Part shown: positions 27,981 through 37,095 of the stretch, one piece after another
How the letters are laid out: every line of letters begins with the position of its first letter
How positions within the stretch are numbered: position 1 is the stretch's first letter
NCBI GenBank assembly: GCA_964621085.1
Contig: CAZUKY010000001.1
Location: forward strand, 100,937 to 164,936
Direction of reading: 5' to 3'
Length of the DNA stretch: 64,000 bases
From: an uncultured Gammaproteobacteria bacterium
Lineage (GTDB): Bacteria > Patescibacteriota > Patescibacteriia > JACQRZ01
Made by a program: the position numbers and the translations under genes
The notes under the pieces: generated by a model
Told to the model about the DNA's origin: nothing
The model's database searches: none
The model's input: only the letters and a program-made list of their open reading frames with translations

Positions 27981-28979
27981 TTAGGAAAACCGCGAAATCA
28001 TTTCCGCGTCTGTTATGCGTCTGCCGGCCATGATGGCACGCCGTTTTTCACTGACGCTTCGGCGCAATCGGAAAAGTCCTGCAAGCGCAGCGAAAAAATT
28101 TCCTGGCTCGCGGAACACGCTATAGACCGCTTTGCCGAATTCATACCAGAGAATTCGATACCAACAGGCGCGAAAAATACCCGGGCTCACATTTTTGAAA
28201 AGAAGAAGCGCGTGGTTGCGGTACGACCAGAGGTTGATGCGAGCACTCGGCCGCGACAGGAGGGCTGCGTGCGTGGATCCGACATGAAATCCTCGCGCCT
28301 CGGGAACGGCTGCCGCGTGCCACCCACGCCATGCAAGCCGATACGCAAGATCGCAATCTTCCTTATACATGAAAAAATCTTCGTCGAAAAACTCCGGCTT
28401 CCCATCGCGAACATACGCGACATCTTCCAGCGCCGAACGGCGATACAGTGCGGCCGCTCCCGGTGCGCCAAAGATCTCGCGGGGCGCATCAGGTATGGTT
28501 GGAAAAGCTTTCGATCCTCCCAGCGCGCCGATATAGTGATTCGCCCGTATGCAGAGTCCGCAGGTGTCAACTCTAGCGGCAGCGGTTGTTTGTGTCAAGT
28601 CAGAGACCTTGTGCAGGCAGCCAGTTACGCTTGCGCAATTCGGATGCGCATCGAGATACGCAGCGCAATGCTCGATATAGTCCGGCAGCAGAAAAATATC
28701 CTGGTTCAAGACAAGTACGTAATCGGCGGCCTGACACTCCTGCAGAATGCGGTTATGCCCTGCTGCGAATCCGAGATTCGTCGGCGAGATTTCAAGACGG
28801 CAGTCTGGCGCGGAGGCGCGCACGGCAGCGACGGTTGCGTCGGATGACGCATTATCTAAAACGCAGAGGCTCACATCGACGCGCGTTTGACTCCGTATCC
28901 CTTCCAGACATCGCTGGATGTGGCGTTCCCCGTTGTACGTGACCAGGCTGATGACGACAGACGACATAAAGGCATTCAA
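27981..28979 (-). CDS. glycosyltransferase family 2
   Basis: ISLVTYNGERHI...VLDNASSD GT2 N-terminus. Confidence 0.8.
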   Translation of the reverse strand: MNAFMSSVVISLVTYNGERHIQRCLEGIRSQTRVDVSLCVLDNASSDATVAAVRASAPDCRLEISPTNLGFAAGHNRILQECQAADYVLVLNQDIFLLPDYIEHCAAYLDAHPNCASVTGCLHKVSDLTQTTAAARVDTCGLCIRANHYIGALGGSKAFPTIPDAPREIFGAPGAAALYRRSALEDVAYVRDGKPEFFDEDFFMYKEDCDLAYRLAWRGWHAAAVPEARGFHVGSTHAALLSRPSARINLWSYRNHALLLFKNVSPGIFRACWYRILWYEFGKAVYSVFREPGNFFAALAGLFRLRRSVSEKRRAIMAGRRITDAEMISRFS

Positions 28980-30488
28980 TCACTCTTCCCGCCGCTTCTG
29001 TGTCACATTGAATCCCAGCGGCCGACCCAGCATCAATCGGGTCTGCGCATCGATCGCGGGCAGCGCCGAAAATGCAATGATCGATATCGGCAAGAGAAGC
29101 CATTGCGCGACCATAAACAGGCGACGCCTGATCGAACGGGCCGCCGGTACGCTTGGGAGAAGAAAAAACGACAAAAAACCGATGATAAAGATTCCCGCCA
29201 TACTCACATTCAAAAGCGTCTCGAGTATGAAGGGGGCGTTCTGAACCAGGAGGGAGACGTGTTCCCCCTTTTCGGCAAACAAAAGCGGCAGACGGCCAAG
29301 AACAAGGATCAATAGAGGCGCGGTTGCCCACGTGTACATGCCTTCCGCCTGATTCCACAAAAGACGAATCTTCTTATGAAGAGGCATGAGGGGATCTTTC
29401 AAGAACGAACGTATCATGTACGGAAAGTGTTCCACCCCCCAGGCCCAGCGACGCTGTTGCTTATACAAATTTGCGAGACTCTGCGCAAGCGTATCGCCGA
29501 CGACCGTGTCCATCGAGAGAGGGATATACAGCGGCGTCACGGAATAGTCCCCGTGATAGTGCATGAAACACTGGAGAAAAATTCTGGAATCTTCGCTGAC
29601 AATATCCTTCTGCCAATACCCGACGTCGACAAGCGCGCGAAAGCTCATGCTGTGAGAAGAAAACGTAAAGAGCCGATCCGGACGCGCAAGCTCGCTCATC
29701 AGCCAGAATGTCGTGGAAAACGCGGCAAGGCGCATGGGTGCCGGTGAGGTCCAAATGTTATTGTTGTACAATACCACCGGCTGATAGCTTGTGCGCGTTG
29801 GGTTCGGATGCGACAGATACGCATCAGTCAGACAGGCAAAATAATCCGGGTGAACGACCGTATCGATATCGAACGCCGAAACGATCACGTTTTCGTACGG
29901 GATGCCCTTCTCATCGATGTATTCTCTCGCACGCTGTCCGGCATAGTTGAGATTCGCTCCTTTCGAGCGGATCTCTCCCGGCACATCGGCCGGATGAAGA
30001 GTCGAAAGAAATCCGGAAAAAATGGCGGCGAATTTTTTTTGCATCTCACTCGCGACGCGCGTGCAGTGCTCGGCAGCACGCTCTTCGCCAGCAAGAACGA
30101 CAATGCAGCGATCCATCGGATAACGCGATGCAACAAGCGCGCGGAGCGTGTGCTCGACAATCGCCGCATCTTCGTTGACCATGGGGAGAAAAATCAGATG
30201 ATAGATGTCACGCCAGGTCGGGTGCCGCTGCACACGGGCAGTCCAGTCGGTTTTTTGCGCCCGTCTATACTGCTGCCATGAAAACAAAAGAACACAGACA
30301 AAATAAAAAACCCTGCACAGCCAGTACAGGTCAAAAAGGATAATGAAAACAATGACGGCGAATGGATTGAAAATCGAAAAAACGATACCAGCGCCGAAAG
30401 TGAGCCAAACAAGCCCTCCAGGAAGAATCTCGAGAAACCGCTGAAAAAACGGCTGCGCGAGATCATGGCGCGCCACACTGGTTATCAT
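28980..30488 (-). CDS. membrane-bound processive GT2 synthase (cellulose/chitin-synthase-like)
   Basis: DxD motifs and QQRRWAWG (QxxRW) between TM helices; start chosen at MITSVARH (30488) to avoid a 128-nt overlap with archease. Confidence 0.75.
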   Translation of the reverse strand: MITSVARHDLAQPFFQRFLEILPGGLVWLTFGAGIVFSIFNPFAVIVFIILFDLYWLCRVFYFVCVLLFSWQQYRRAQKTDWTARVQRHPTWRDIYHLIFLPMVNEDAAIVEHTLRALVASRYPMDRCIVVLAGEERAAEHCTRVASEMQKKFAAIFSGFLSTLHPADVPGEIRSKGANLNYAGQRAREYIDEKGIPYENVIVSAFDIDTVVHPDYFACLTDAYLSHPNPTRTSYQPVVLYNNNIWTSPAPMRLAAFSTTFWLMSELARPDRLFTFSSHSMSFRALVDVGYWQKDIVSEDSRIFLQCFMHYHGDYSVTPLYIPLSMDTVVGDTLAQSLANLYKQQRRWAWGVEHFPYMIRSFLKDPLMPLHKKIRLLWNQAEGMYTWATAPLLILVLGRLPLLFAEKGEHVSLLVQNAPFILETLLNVSMAGIFIIGFLSFFLLPSVPAARSIRRRLFMVAQWLLLPISIIAFSALPAIDAQTRLMLGRPLGFNVTQKRREE

Positions 30489-30504
30489 ACAACTCGAGGT
30501 GCGG

Positions 30505-30936
30505 CTAACGTGTTGGAAGTGAAATGTCGCAGGAACAGGTTGCTCCGTCGCGCGACTCGGAACAGGGACCTTTCTTGATGCGCGGCTTTCCGAAAACGCC
30601 CGAGTGGCGCTGCGGATCAAAAGGCTCGCCATACGCTTCGCCGGTCAGGAGGTATTGGTTATCGTTGACCTTTTGAACCGAAGCGACGCGGAAATCACCC
30701 AAAACAAGCTGTCCCTCATCCTGGCGCACAATCAGCTCCTCAAGCCATGCGGCAAAGAGCGAGGCAATATCCGGAGCATCGATCACGATCTTGATGCGCT
30801 CGCCATCACTTACTCGCTCGCTGTCGCGCTGGAGGGAAAATAAGCCGAGCGCACCCTGGAGAAAAGCGTCTTTCACATCGCTGCCCTGTGCCGTGAGCGT
30901 ATAGGCATCCTTTTTTTGTTCGAGCGAAAACGGCAT
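30505..30936 (-). CDS. archease
   Basis: 143 aa; ALGLF, WLEELIV and LVLGDFRV...GEAYGEPFDPQRH segments parallel archaeal/bacterial archease. Confidence 0.55.
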   Translation of the reverse strand: MPFSLEQKKDAYTLTAQGSDVKDAFLQGALGLFSLQRDSERVSDGERIKIVIDAPDIASLFAAWLEELIVRQDEGQLVLGDFRVASVQKVNDNQYLLTGEAYGEPFDPQRHSGVFGKPRIKKGPCSESRDGATCSCDISLPTR

Positions 30937-31011
30937 ATCAAACGAGATAACAAAAACGAAAGAGGCGGCTGATCGCCTCTTTGCAGAATATCAAATCTCG
31001 CGCGCCCGGTC

Positions 31012-31039
31012 AAAACAAAAAAGGAGGCTTTCCGCCTCC
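31012..31039 (-). terminator. terminator (aggaggc-tttcc-gcctcct with T-run on minus strand); a second hairpin lies at 30952..30980
   Basis: downstream of the YtxH-like gene. Confidence 0.5.
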
Positions 31040-31046
31040 TTTCCGC

Positions 31047-31367
31047 TTACTTTTTCTTGATCTCCTTTTGGATATCCTTCCAGCTGCCCTTTAAAATGCC
31101 TGTCACCTCATCGATGAATTCTTTCGTCAAGCGCTTTCCGCGCGCATACTCGGCCACCGTTTTTCCCACAAGCTCGTCATAGGCTTCTTTTGAAACCTCG
31201 GTAAGCTGGTCAAGTTGTTTACTCAACCGCTTCGTCAAGCTGCTGACAAGTTTTTGAACGTCGGCACGGGTTTTCTTCCCGGACTTCGGCGCCAGCAAGA
31301 GCGTCGCGACGGATGCGAGAAGCGCGCCGATGGCAGCTCCCCGCAGGAAATGGTTATCTTTTCCCAT
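31047..31367 (-). CDS. YtxH-like general stress membrane protein
   Basis: 106 aa; N-terminal TM plus amphipathic helices. Confidence 0.5.
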   Translation of the reverse strand: MGKDNHFLRGAAIGALLASVATLLLAPKSGKKTRADVQKLVSSLTKRLSKQLDQLTEVSKEAYDELVGKTVAEYARGKRLTKEFIDEVTGILKGSWKDIQKEIKKK

Positions 31368-31439
31368 AATGAGTATTTAAAAAATAATGGATGGGTTCAG
31401 TATAGCAGAGTAAGAGAACGGTGAGAAGACGAATTATTC

Positions 31440-32399
31440 TTAAAGCGAGCGGAATCCCCAATCAACCTTCAGCGCCCTCGCCCCTTTTAATGCGCACACA
31501 TATGCTGATGCTGCCAGTGCGGCTTTCGCTCCCTCTCCGGCAGAGATGACAATCTGCTGATAAGGCAGCTGAGTTACGTCACCCGCTGCGTAGAGCCCGG
31601 GGGTCTTCGTCTCGCACCGCTCATTGACAAGAAGAGCGCCGTCCGGACTCCGCTCAACCCAATCGCCAAGGAAGTTAGTTTGCGTTTCGAACCCGACAGC
31701 AATGCACAGCGCGTCAACGACCAGATCAGTTTGCGCGCCGTTTGCGTCCTGCATAGTAAGAGACTGCAATTGGCTGTCGCCGCTTACAGATGTGACTGTC
31801 GCTGAAAGGCGCTTTTCGATATTCTGAAAGCCCGAAAGCCTATCAAGAATGATCTTTTCCGCACGAAACTCTTCGCGGCGATGAATAAGATACACGCGAC
31901 TCGCATACTGCGCTGCGGCCCCGACTGCCTGTACGGCCGAATTTCCGCCGCCGACGACAGCGACGCTTTTTCCGATGAGATTCTGCGGTTCGCGGAAGGA
32001 ACTATATTCGATGCCATTTCCCAAAAAATTCTCTTCGCCGTCAACCCCCAGACTCTTGGGTGCCTTACCGGCGGCACAGATAACGGCATGCGTATAGTAG
32101 GATTGCACATGGGTCACGACGCAAAAGCGCTCGCCGTCTTTTTCGATGCGCCTGACCGATTCGTACCGGATATCACAGCCGAAACGTGCTGCTTGCTCTT
32201 CGAACAGCGCCATCAGCGCCGTTCCTTCGATCCTGCCGAATCCCGGATAGTTTTCAATTTCCGCCGTCGATGCCGTCTGTCCGCCGAAGTCCCGTGTCAG
32301 AATCAATACGCTGCATCCCCGCCGCACGGCAAACATGCCGGCGGTCAGTCCCGCCGCTCCGCCGCCGATGATTACGATGTCACACTCATTGAGAGCCAT
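31440..32399 (-). CDS. thioredoxin-reductase-like FAD/NAD(P) oxidoreductase lacking the CxxC redox motif
   Basis: GGGAAG FAD site and GGGNSA NAD(P) site, LYAAGDV motif; no CATC-type disulfide found. Confidence 0.7.
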   Translation of the reverse strand: MALNECDIVIIGGGAAGLTAGMFAVRRGCSVLILTRDFGGQTASTAEIENYPGFGRIEGTALMALFEEQAARFGCDIRYESVRRIEKDGERFCVVTHVQSYYTHAVICAAGKAPKSLGVDGEENFLGNGIEYSSFREPQNLIGKSVAVVGGGNSAVQAVGAAAQYASRVYLIHRREEFRAEKIILDRLSGFQNIEKRLSATVTSVSGDSQLQSLTMQDANGAQTDLVVDALCIAVGFETQTNFLGDWVERSPDGALLVNERCETKTPGLYAAGDVTQLPYQQIVISAGEGAKAALAASAYVCALKGARALKVDWGFRSL

Positions 32400-32438
32400 A
32401 CACTCAAAAGGGCCGCCGCTGCGGCCCCTTTGTTCTCT

Positions 32439-32750
32439 TTAATACTCGTCCTCCTCTTCTGTTTCCTCGTGAAAACCGCTTTCTTCATCACCGAAACCCT
32501 CTTCGTCGAGATCTTCGTCATCGAACAGGTCTTCGTCGTCTTCGTCTTCTTCTTCTCCTCCTTCATCCTCCTCATCCCCGAAATCTTCATCTTCCTCATT
32601 ATCCTCTTCATCATCTTCATCAAGACCGAGACCGTAGTCTCCCAACTCATCCTCCTCGCTTGCGGGCACGAGATCTATCTGGCAGTTTTCGCAGATACCC
32701 GGCGCTGCGTATTCTTCCCCGCAGACCGTGCACACATATAACTGTGGCAT
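32439..32750 (-). CDS. zinc-ribbon (CxxC-x13-CxxC) protein with about 70-aa poly-Asp/Glu tail
   Basis: CTVCGEEYAAPGICENC followed by a low-complexity acidic tail; 40 nt upstream of the TrxB-like gene. Confidence 0.45.
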   Translation of the reverse strand: MPQLYVCTVCGEEYAAPGICENCQIDLVPASEEDELGDYGLGLDEDDEEDNEEDEDFGDEEDEGGEEEDEDDEDLFDDEDLDEEGFGDEESGFHEETEEEDEY

Positions 32751-32845
32751 AGTGGAATTCCTCTATGATATGAATATGGCATTAAGAATACGAAATGGGA
32801 ATTCGTTGTCAATGTGAATAACCTTCGATGGTGAGTCAGGTACTT

Positions 32846-34402
32846 CTATACTCTGCCGTAGTTGCGCCCCACCTCGATAAGGAGACGCGTGCCCGAGCCG
32901 CTTGCGCCCTTGCTCAAGTACTGATCGGAAGATGTCACCATAGTTGACGCAATGTCCAGGTGCGCCCATCGCGGGAATTTTTTTGCGAATTGATACAAAA
33001 ACATTCCGCCGTTGATCGCTCCCGCGTCGCGGCTCTTGAGAGCATTGGCAATATCGCCGACCGTGCCCTTCACGTCCGCCTCATACTCCGCCCACATCGG
33101 CAGCGGCCAGGCGTAATCGCCGCTGGATTCCCCCAGATTGCCCAGACGGGAAGCGAACTCCTCATCGGGAGAAAGAATAGCAAACGCATGACGGCCGAGC
33201 GCCACGCAACACGCCCCCGTCAGTGTGGCAACATCTAGCACAATACTCGGTTCATACCGCGTGGCATACGTAAGCGCATCTGCGACCACGATCCTTCCCT
33301 CAGCGTCAGTATTGGCAACCTCGACCGTTGTGCCCGACATCATTTTGAGCACATCCCCGGGGCGATACGACTCTCCGGACGGCATGTTTTCTGCCGCAGC
33401 TATGATACCGATGATATTGGCCTTCGCCTTCATGCGCGACAGCGCCGCAAGCGCAGAGATCACTGCCGCACCGCCGCTCATATCCATGTGCATCTCGTCC
33501 ATTCCCGCCGTTGGTTTCAGGTTAATTCCGCCGGTGTCAAACGTAATGCCTTTGCCGACAAAGACATACGGCTTTTTCGAAGCGGCCGCATTGCGGTATT
33601 CGCACACGATCAGCTGTGCTTCTTCCTTGCTGCCGCATGAAACGCCCAAGATACCGCCCATGCCCATCTTTTTCATTTCCGCCTCCCCGATAACCTTCAC
33701 CGTAAATCCGCAGTGGGCTCCCCTGCGCTTTGCCGCTTGGGCAAGCAGACGAGGCGTCATGTCTCCGCCGGGAGTATTGGCAAGTTCCCGCGCCGCATTC
33801 ACCTCTTGACCGATAATCGCGCCTGTTTCGACTGCGCGCTGAATCGCGCGCTTCCGTGCGGAATCTTTGATGCCATAAGAAACGCTTTCAATAGCGTTCC
33901 ACCCTTCTTTCGGAGCGCTGCGATATGACACAAACTCGTAGACGGCCATTTCCGCATTCGAAGCGATGGTTTCTGCTATCGTCTCGAGCGATTGCCGTGT
34001 GGTAGTAAAGTCATCCACATGCAGGGCGATTTCGGCGCAGTGCGCACCTTTGAGCGCCTGGAAGATCTTCCTGACAGCCAGACGCAGTCGTCGGAATCCC
34101 CACATATCCCGCTGTCCAAGGCAAAGAAGGCAGACTTTTTTCTGCGCATCCGGCAGCAGTGCAATCGTAAACTCTCCCTCGCCGGTCAGTTTTTTAGAAA
34201 GGGCGGTCGCGTATTTTTTGTCGAGCGAAGAAAAAAGGTCAAGGATCGGATGCTGTCGGGGAAATGCGTTTGAAAAGTATGCGATAACATACGCGTCGGC
34301 CTTTGGCGCCTGGAGAAAGATAGCATGTTTCATATTTTTACACATGAGTATAAGGGGAAGAATAGTAAAGCGCCAACCTCTTGTAAAGAATCGGCAAAGC
34401 AA
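32846..34402 (-). CDS. pepA: leucyl aminopeptidase (M17)
   Basis: NTDAEGR motif, M17 catalytic-domain similarity. Confidence 0.9.
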   Translation of the reverse strand: MLCRFFTRGWRFTILPLILMCKNMKHAIFLQAPKADAYVIAYFSNAFPRQHPILDLFSSLDKKYATALSKKLTGEGEFTIALLPDAQKKVCLLCLGQRDMWGFRRLRLAVRKIFQALKGAHCAEIALHVDDFTTTRQSLETIAETIASNAEMAVYEFVSYRSAPKEGWNAIESVSYGIKDSARKRAIQRAVETGAIIGQEVNAARELANTPGGDMTPRLLAQAAKRRGAHCGFTVKVIGEAEMKKMGMGGILGVSCGSKEEAQLIVCEYRNAAASKKPYVFVGKGITFDTGGINLKPTAGMDEMHMDMSGGAAVISALAALSRMKAKANIIGIIAAAENMPSGESYRPGDVLKMMSGTTVEVANTDAEGRIVVADALTYATRYEPSIVLDVATLTGACCVALGRHAFAILSPDEEFASRLGNLGESSGDYAWPLPMWAEYEADVKGTVGDIANALKSRDAGAINGGMFLYQFAKKFPRWAHLDIASTMVTSSDQYLSKGASGSGTRLLIEVGRNYGRV

Positions 34403-34470
34403 AATCGCTCAAAATAAAGCGGCAGTGAGAAATCACTGCCACCCCTTCGCTTTCCTTTGTGACCTCCTCG

Positions 34471-34716
34471 TTATCGTTGGGACGACTTGCGGCGAGCTTC
34501 GCCTCCTTTCCGTCCCGCCTCGCGGGCCTCTTCCGACGTAAACTCATGCGCCGTTCCCTTGGCATGCGCTGCCTTGCCGCCTTTGCTGGCAATTTCGCGC
34601 TGCTTTTGGGGATCCATGGCAGCAAAGCCGCGAAGCTCTTTTCCACCCCCCTTTGCAGGGCTCAAAGTGAACATATGTTTGTTTGGGTGTTTACAGACTA
34701 AGGTTCCAACCTCCAC
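34471..34716 (-). CDS. KGG-repeat stress-induced protein
   Basis: GFAAMDPQKQREIASKGGKAAH and KGG repeats. Confidence 0.6.
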   Translation of the reverse strand: MEVGTLVCKHPNKHMFTLSPAKGGGKELRGFAAMDPQKQREIASKGGKAAHAKGTAHEFTSEEAREAGRKGGEARRKSSQR

Positions 34717-34790
34717 GGGATTCCGCTATCTGGAAACCTACGAACCCGATCGATCTTGTGCACTGCTCATGCGGTGCGCAAAATCGTAGT

Positions 34791-34828
34791 GAGGGCATAG
34801 AATGCGAATATTCGCGTCCTATGCCCTC
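34791..34828. promoter_or_regulatory. nested palindrome gagggcatag-aatGCGAATATTCGCgtc-ctatgccctc upstream of the KGG gene
   Basis: 10-bp outer arms with an inner 12-bp perfect palindrome. Confidence 0.35.
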
Positions 34829-34925
34829 TTTTCGCCCTCGTCCATAATAGACGCCGTTCTTCAGAAATCCTTACCTCGCGCGCCCTCTGTGTACCTTTGT
34901 TCGACTCTGTACCTGTATACGGAAT

Positions 34926-34960
34926 ACAAAAAGACCGGCAGAACGAGAGGTCCTGCCGGC
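34926..34960 (-). terminator. rho-independent terminator of prs (ccggcag...ctgccgg with T-run on minus strand)
   Basis: immediately downstream of the prs stop. Confidence 0.55.
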
Positions 34961-34982
34961 AGCGCGAGGGCGTGCCGCGCGC

Positions 34983-36053
34983 TTACTTGATCTGCTTGAG
35001 GAAGCCGACCATATCGGAGAGCTCCTCTGCGTTGAAAATCCGCCTTATCGCCTCGGCGAAGAACGGCGCGGTCGAGAGTACCTGGATCTTGTCCGGAAGC
35101 TTTTCGCGCGGATGTGCGATGGTATCCGTCACCGCGATCGCCGTGATCGCATTCGAGCCAAGCTTCGCGATCGCCTCGCCCGAAAGAAGCGCATGAGTTG
35201 CGGCGACATTCACCTTCACCGCTCCCTTTTCGAGAAGGAACTCGGCCGCCGCCTTGATGGTGCCGGCAGTATCGATCATGTCATCGATGATGATGACTGA
35301 CTTGTCCTTCACTCGGCCGACCAGCTTCTTGGCTTCCGCACGGCTGTGGGCAGTGCGGAGCTTGTCGACGATGACGTAGGGCACGTCAAGCCGCTTGGCG
35401 TATGCGCGGGCCCGTTCCACTCCACCGACGTCCGGAGACGCGATCGCGATCCTGCGGCGCCCGCCATCCATCCAGTGCTGGCGGATCCAGTCCGTCATGG
35501 GGATGGTGGAATAGAAGTGGTCGCCCGGAATCGGATCGAAGAATCCCTGGATTTTGGGCGTGTGCAGATCGAGCGTCACGATGCGGTCGACGCGTCCGGA
35601 GTTGCAGATGGTCCGTGCCGCCCATGCGGCGGAATTCGCCTCCCGGCCGCTTGCGATCTGGTCTTGTCTGCCGTACCCGAAGTACGGCATGACAAGCGTC
35701 AGTTCCCGTGCGCTTGCACGCGTGATCGCGTCGATCATCAGGCACAGCCGAACGAAGTTGTCATTCACGGGCGGACAGGTCGGCTGCACCAGGAAGACGT
35801 CCTTGCCGCGTACCGTTTGCTTTAGACGAACGTAAATCTCCCCGTCGGCAAACTGCTTGTTTCCGAGTTCGAGCGGGGCAGTATCGAGGACGTCGGCAAT
35901 CGCACGCACGAGCGTGTCGTTGCCGCCGCCGCTCACCAGAACAGGGGTATACACCGGCTGCCGTGGCGCAAACGGCTTTCGCTCGCTCGCCGCTGGCGCC
36001 GATTGAGCTACCGAGACATTCAACATCGTCACCGCGGGACTCTCCTCTCTCAA
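34983..36053 (-). CDS. prs: ribose-phosphate pyrophosphokinase
   Basis: PRPP synthase motifs DGEIYVRL, VIIIDDMIDTAGT. Confidence 0.9.
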   Translation of the reverse strand: MREESPAVTMLNVSVAQSAPAASERKPFAPRQPVYTPVLVSGGGNDTLVRAIADVLDTAPLELGNKQFADGEIYVRLKQTVRGKDVFLVQPTCPPVNDNFVRLCLMIDAITRASARELTLVMPYFGYGRQDQIASGREANSAAWAARTICNSGRVDRIVTLDLHTPKIQGFFDPIPGDHFYSTIPMTDWIRQHWMDGGRRRIAIASPDVGGVERARAYAKRLDVPYVIVDKLRTAHSRAEAKKLVGRVKDKSVIIIDDMIDTAGTIKAAAEFLLEKGAVKVNVAATHALLSGEAIAKLGSNAITAIAVTDTIAHPREKLPDKIQVLSTAPFFAEAIRRIFNAEELSDMVGFLKQIK

Positions 36054-36119
36054 GGGACAGGCTCTAAAACTGACTATGGGGAATACTCAACAAAAAGTCA
36101 AACGTTCGACTGTATTTCA

Positions 36120-36881
36120 CTACTCCCCGCCATGAGCCACGGAGACGAGCGCTCCGATCGATACGAGTCCAAGGAGGAATGCGATCAGAATTCGATATGT
36201 TTGGCTGTGTTTTGCGCGATCCTGCAGCTCAGGAATGAGATTCGAGGCTGCGATATAGACAAAAATACCCGCCGTTCCCGCCAAGAGAAACGGCAACGTG
36301 TTTTCAAACATGCGAGCTCCGAAATATCCGATAATTGCTCCGATGACGGCAAGCAGCGATTGCCCCACATTCACGGCCAATACCTTCATCTTGGACCATC
36401 CCCGATCCAGGAGAATGATGAAATCACCGATTTCCTGGGGAACCTCGTGCGCAGCAACCGCAAAAGCGGTCACGAGCCCCAAGGAAGGGTCTGCGACAAA
36501 CGCCAACGCTATCGCAACGCCGTCGAGGAAGTTATGGATGCTGTCGCCCAGGATGACAAGGCTTGGCAGAGAGGCGGTATGCTCGCTATGCGAATCTTCT
36601 GTCCGATGCAGGGAATGGAAATGGCGCATGATCAGCCGTTCCAATACAAAAAAGAGGAAAAAACCCACGAGAAAAGCGATGAAAATGTCGTGCGGCTCGT
36701 CGACCGCCTCTACGGCTTCCGGAAGCAAGTCCAAGAAACTGACGCCCAAAAAAGCGCCGGCCGCAAACGCGATCAGCGGAATAACAATCTTCATCGCAAG
36801 CTGATAGCGCCACAGCACAAGAATGCCTCCAATAAGCGCGAAAAATCCGGAAATAAGACTATAGAGAATAATCTGACCCAT
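36120..36881 (-). CDS. ZIP-family zinc transporter (ZupT-like)
   Basis: 8 TM helices, HEVPQEIGDF motif. Confidence 0.85.
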   Translation of the reverse strand: MGQIILYSLISGFFALIGGILVLWRYQLAMKIVIPLIAFAAGAFLGVSFLDLLPEAVEAVDEPHDIFIAFLVGFFLFFVLERLIMRHFHSLHRTEDSHSEHTASLPSLVILGDSIHNFLDGVAIALAFVADPSLGLVTAFAVAAHEVPQEIGDFIILLDRGWSKMKVLAVNVGQSLLAVIGAIIGYFGARMFENTLPFLLAGTAGIFVYIAASNLIPELQDRAKHSQTYRILIAFLLGLVSIGALVSVAHGGE

Positions 36882-37095
36882 ATGCGTATTTTATTTATAT
36901 AACCATAGATACTAATCAATTATACTGAAGAGTACAGTAAATGCAAACTTATTGCAATAGTATTTTGTGAAAAAAACAATTCTGCGCTTACCAGCAGCGT
37001 AACCGCCGTCAGCGGGATCGCGTATAAGACTGAAACGACTGCCTTTAAATTTCAAAGAATCAAATATATAACTTATACGCATAAGTGAATTACCT

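Noticed and set aside
36003-36902. 299-aa plus-strand ORF over the ZIP transporter and prs start
   Set aside because: It is an antisense GC-rich artefact. The minus-strand genes have clear family motifs.
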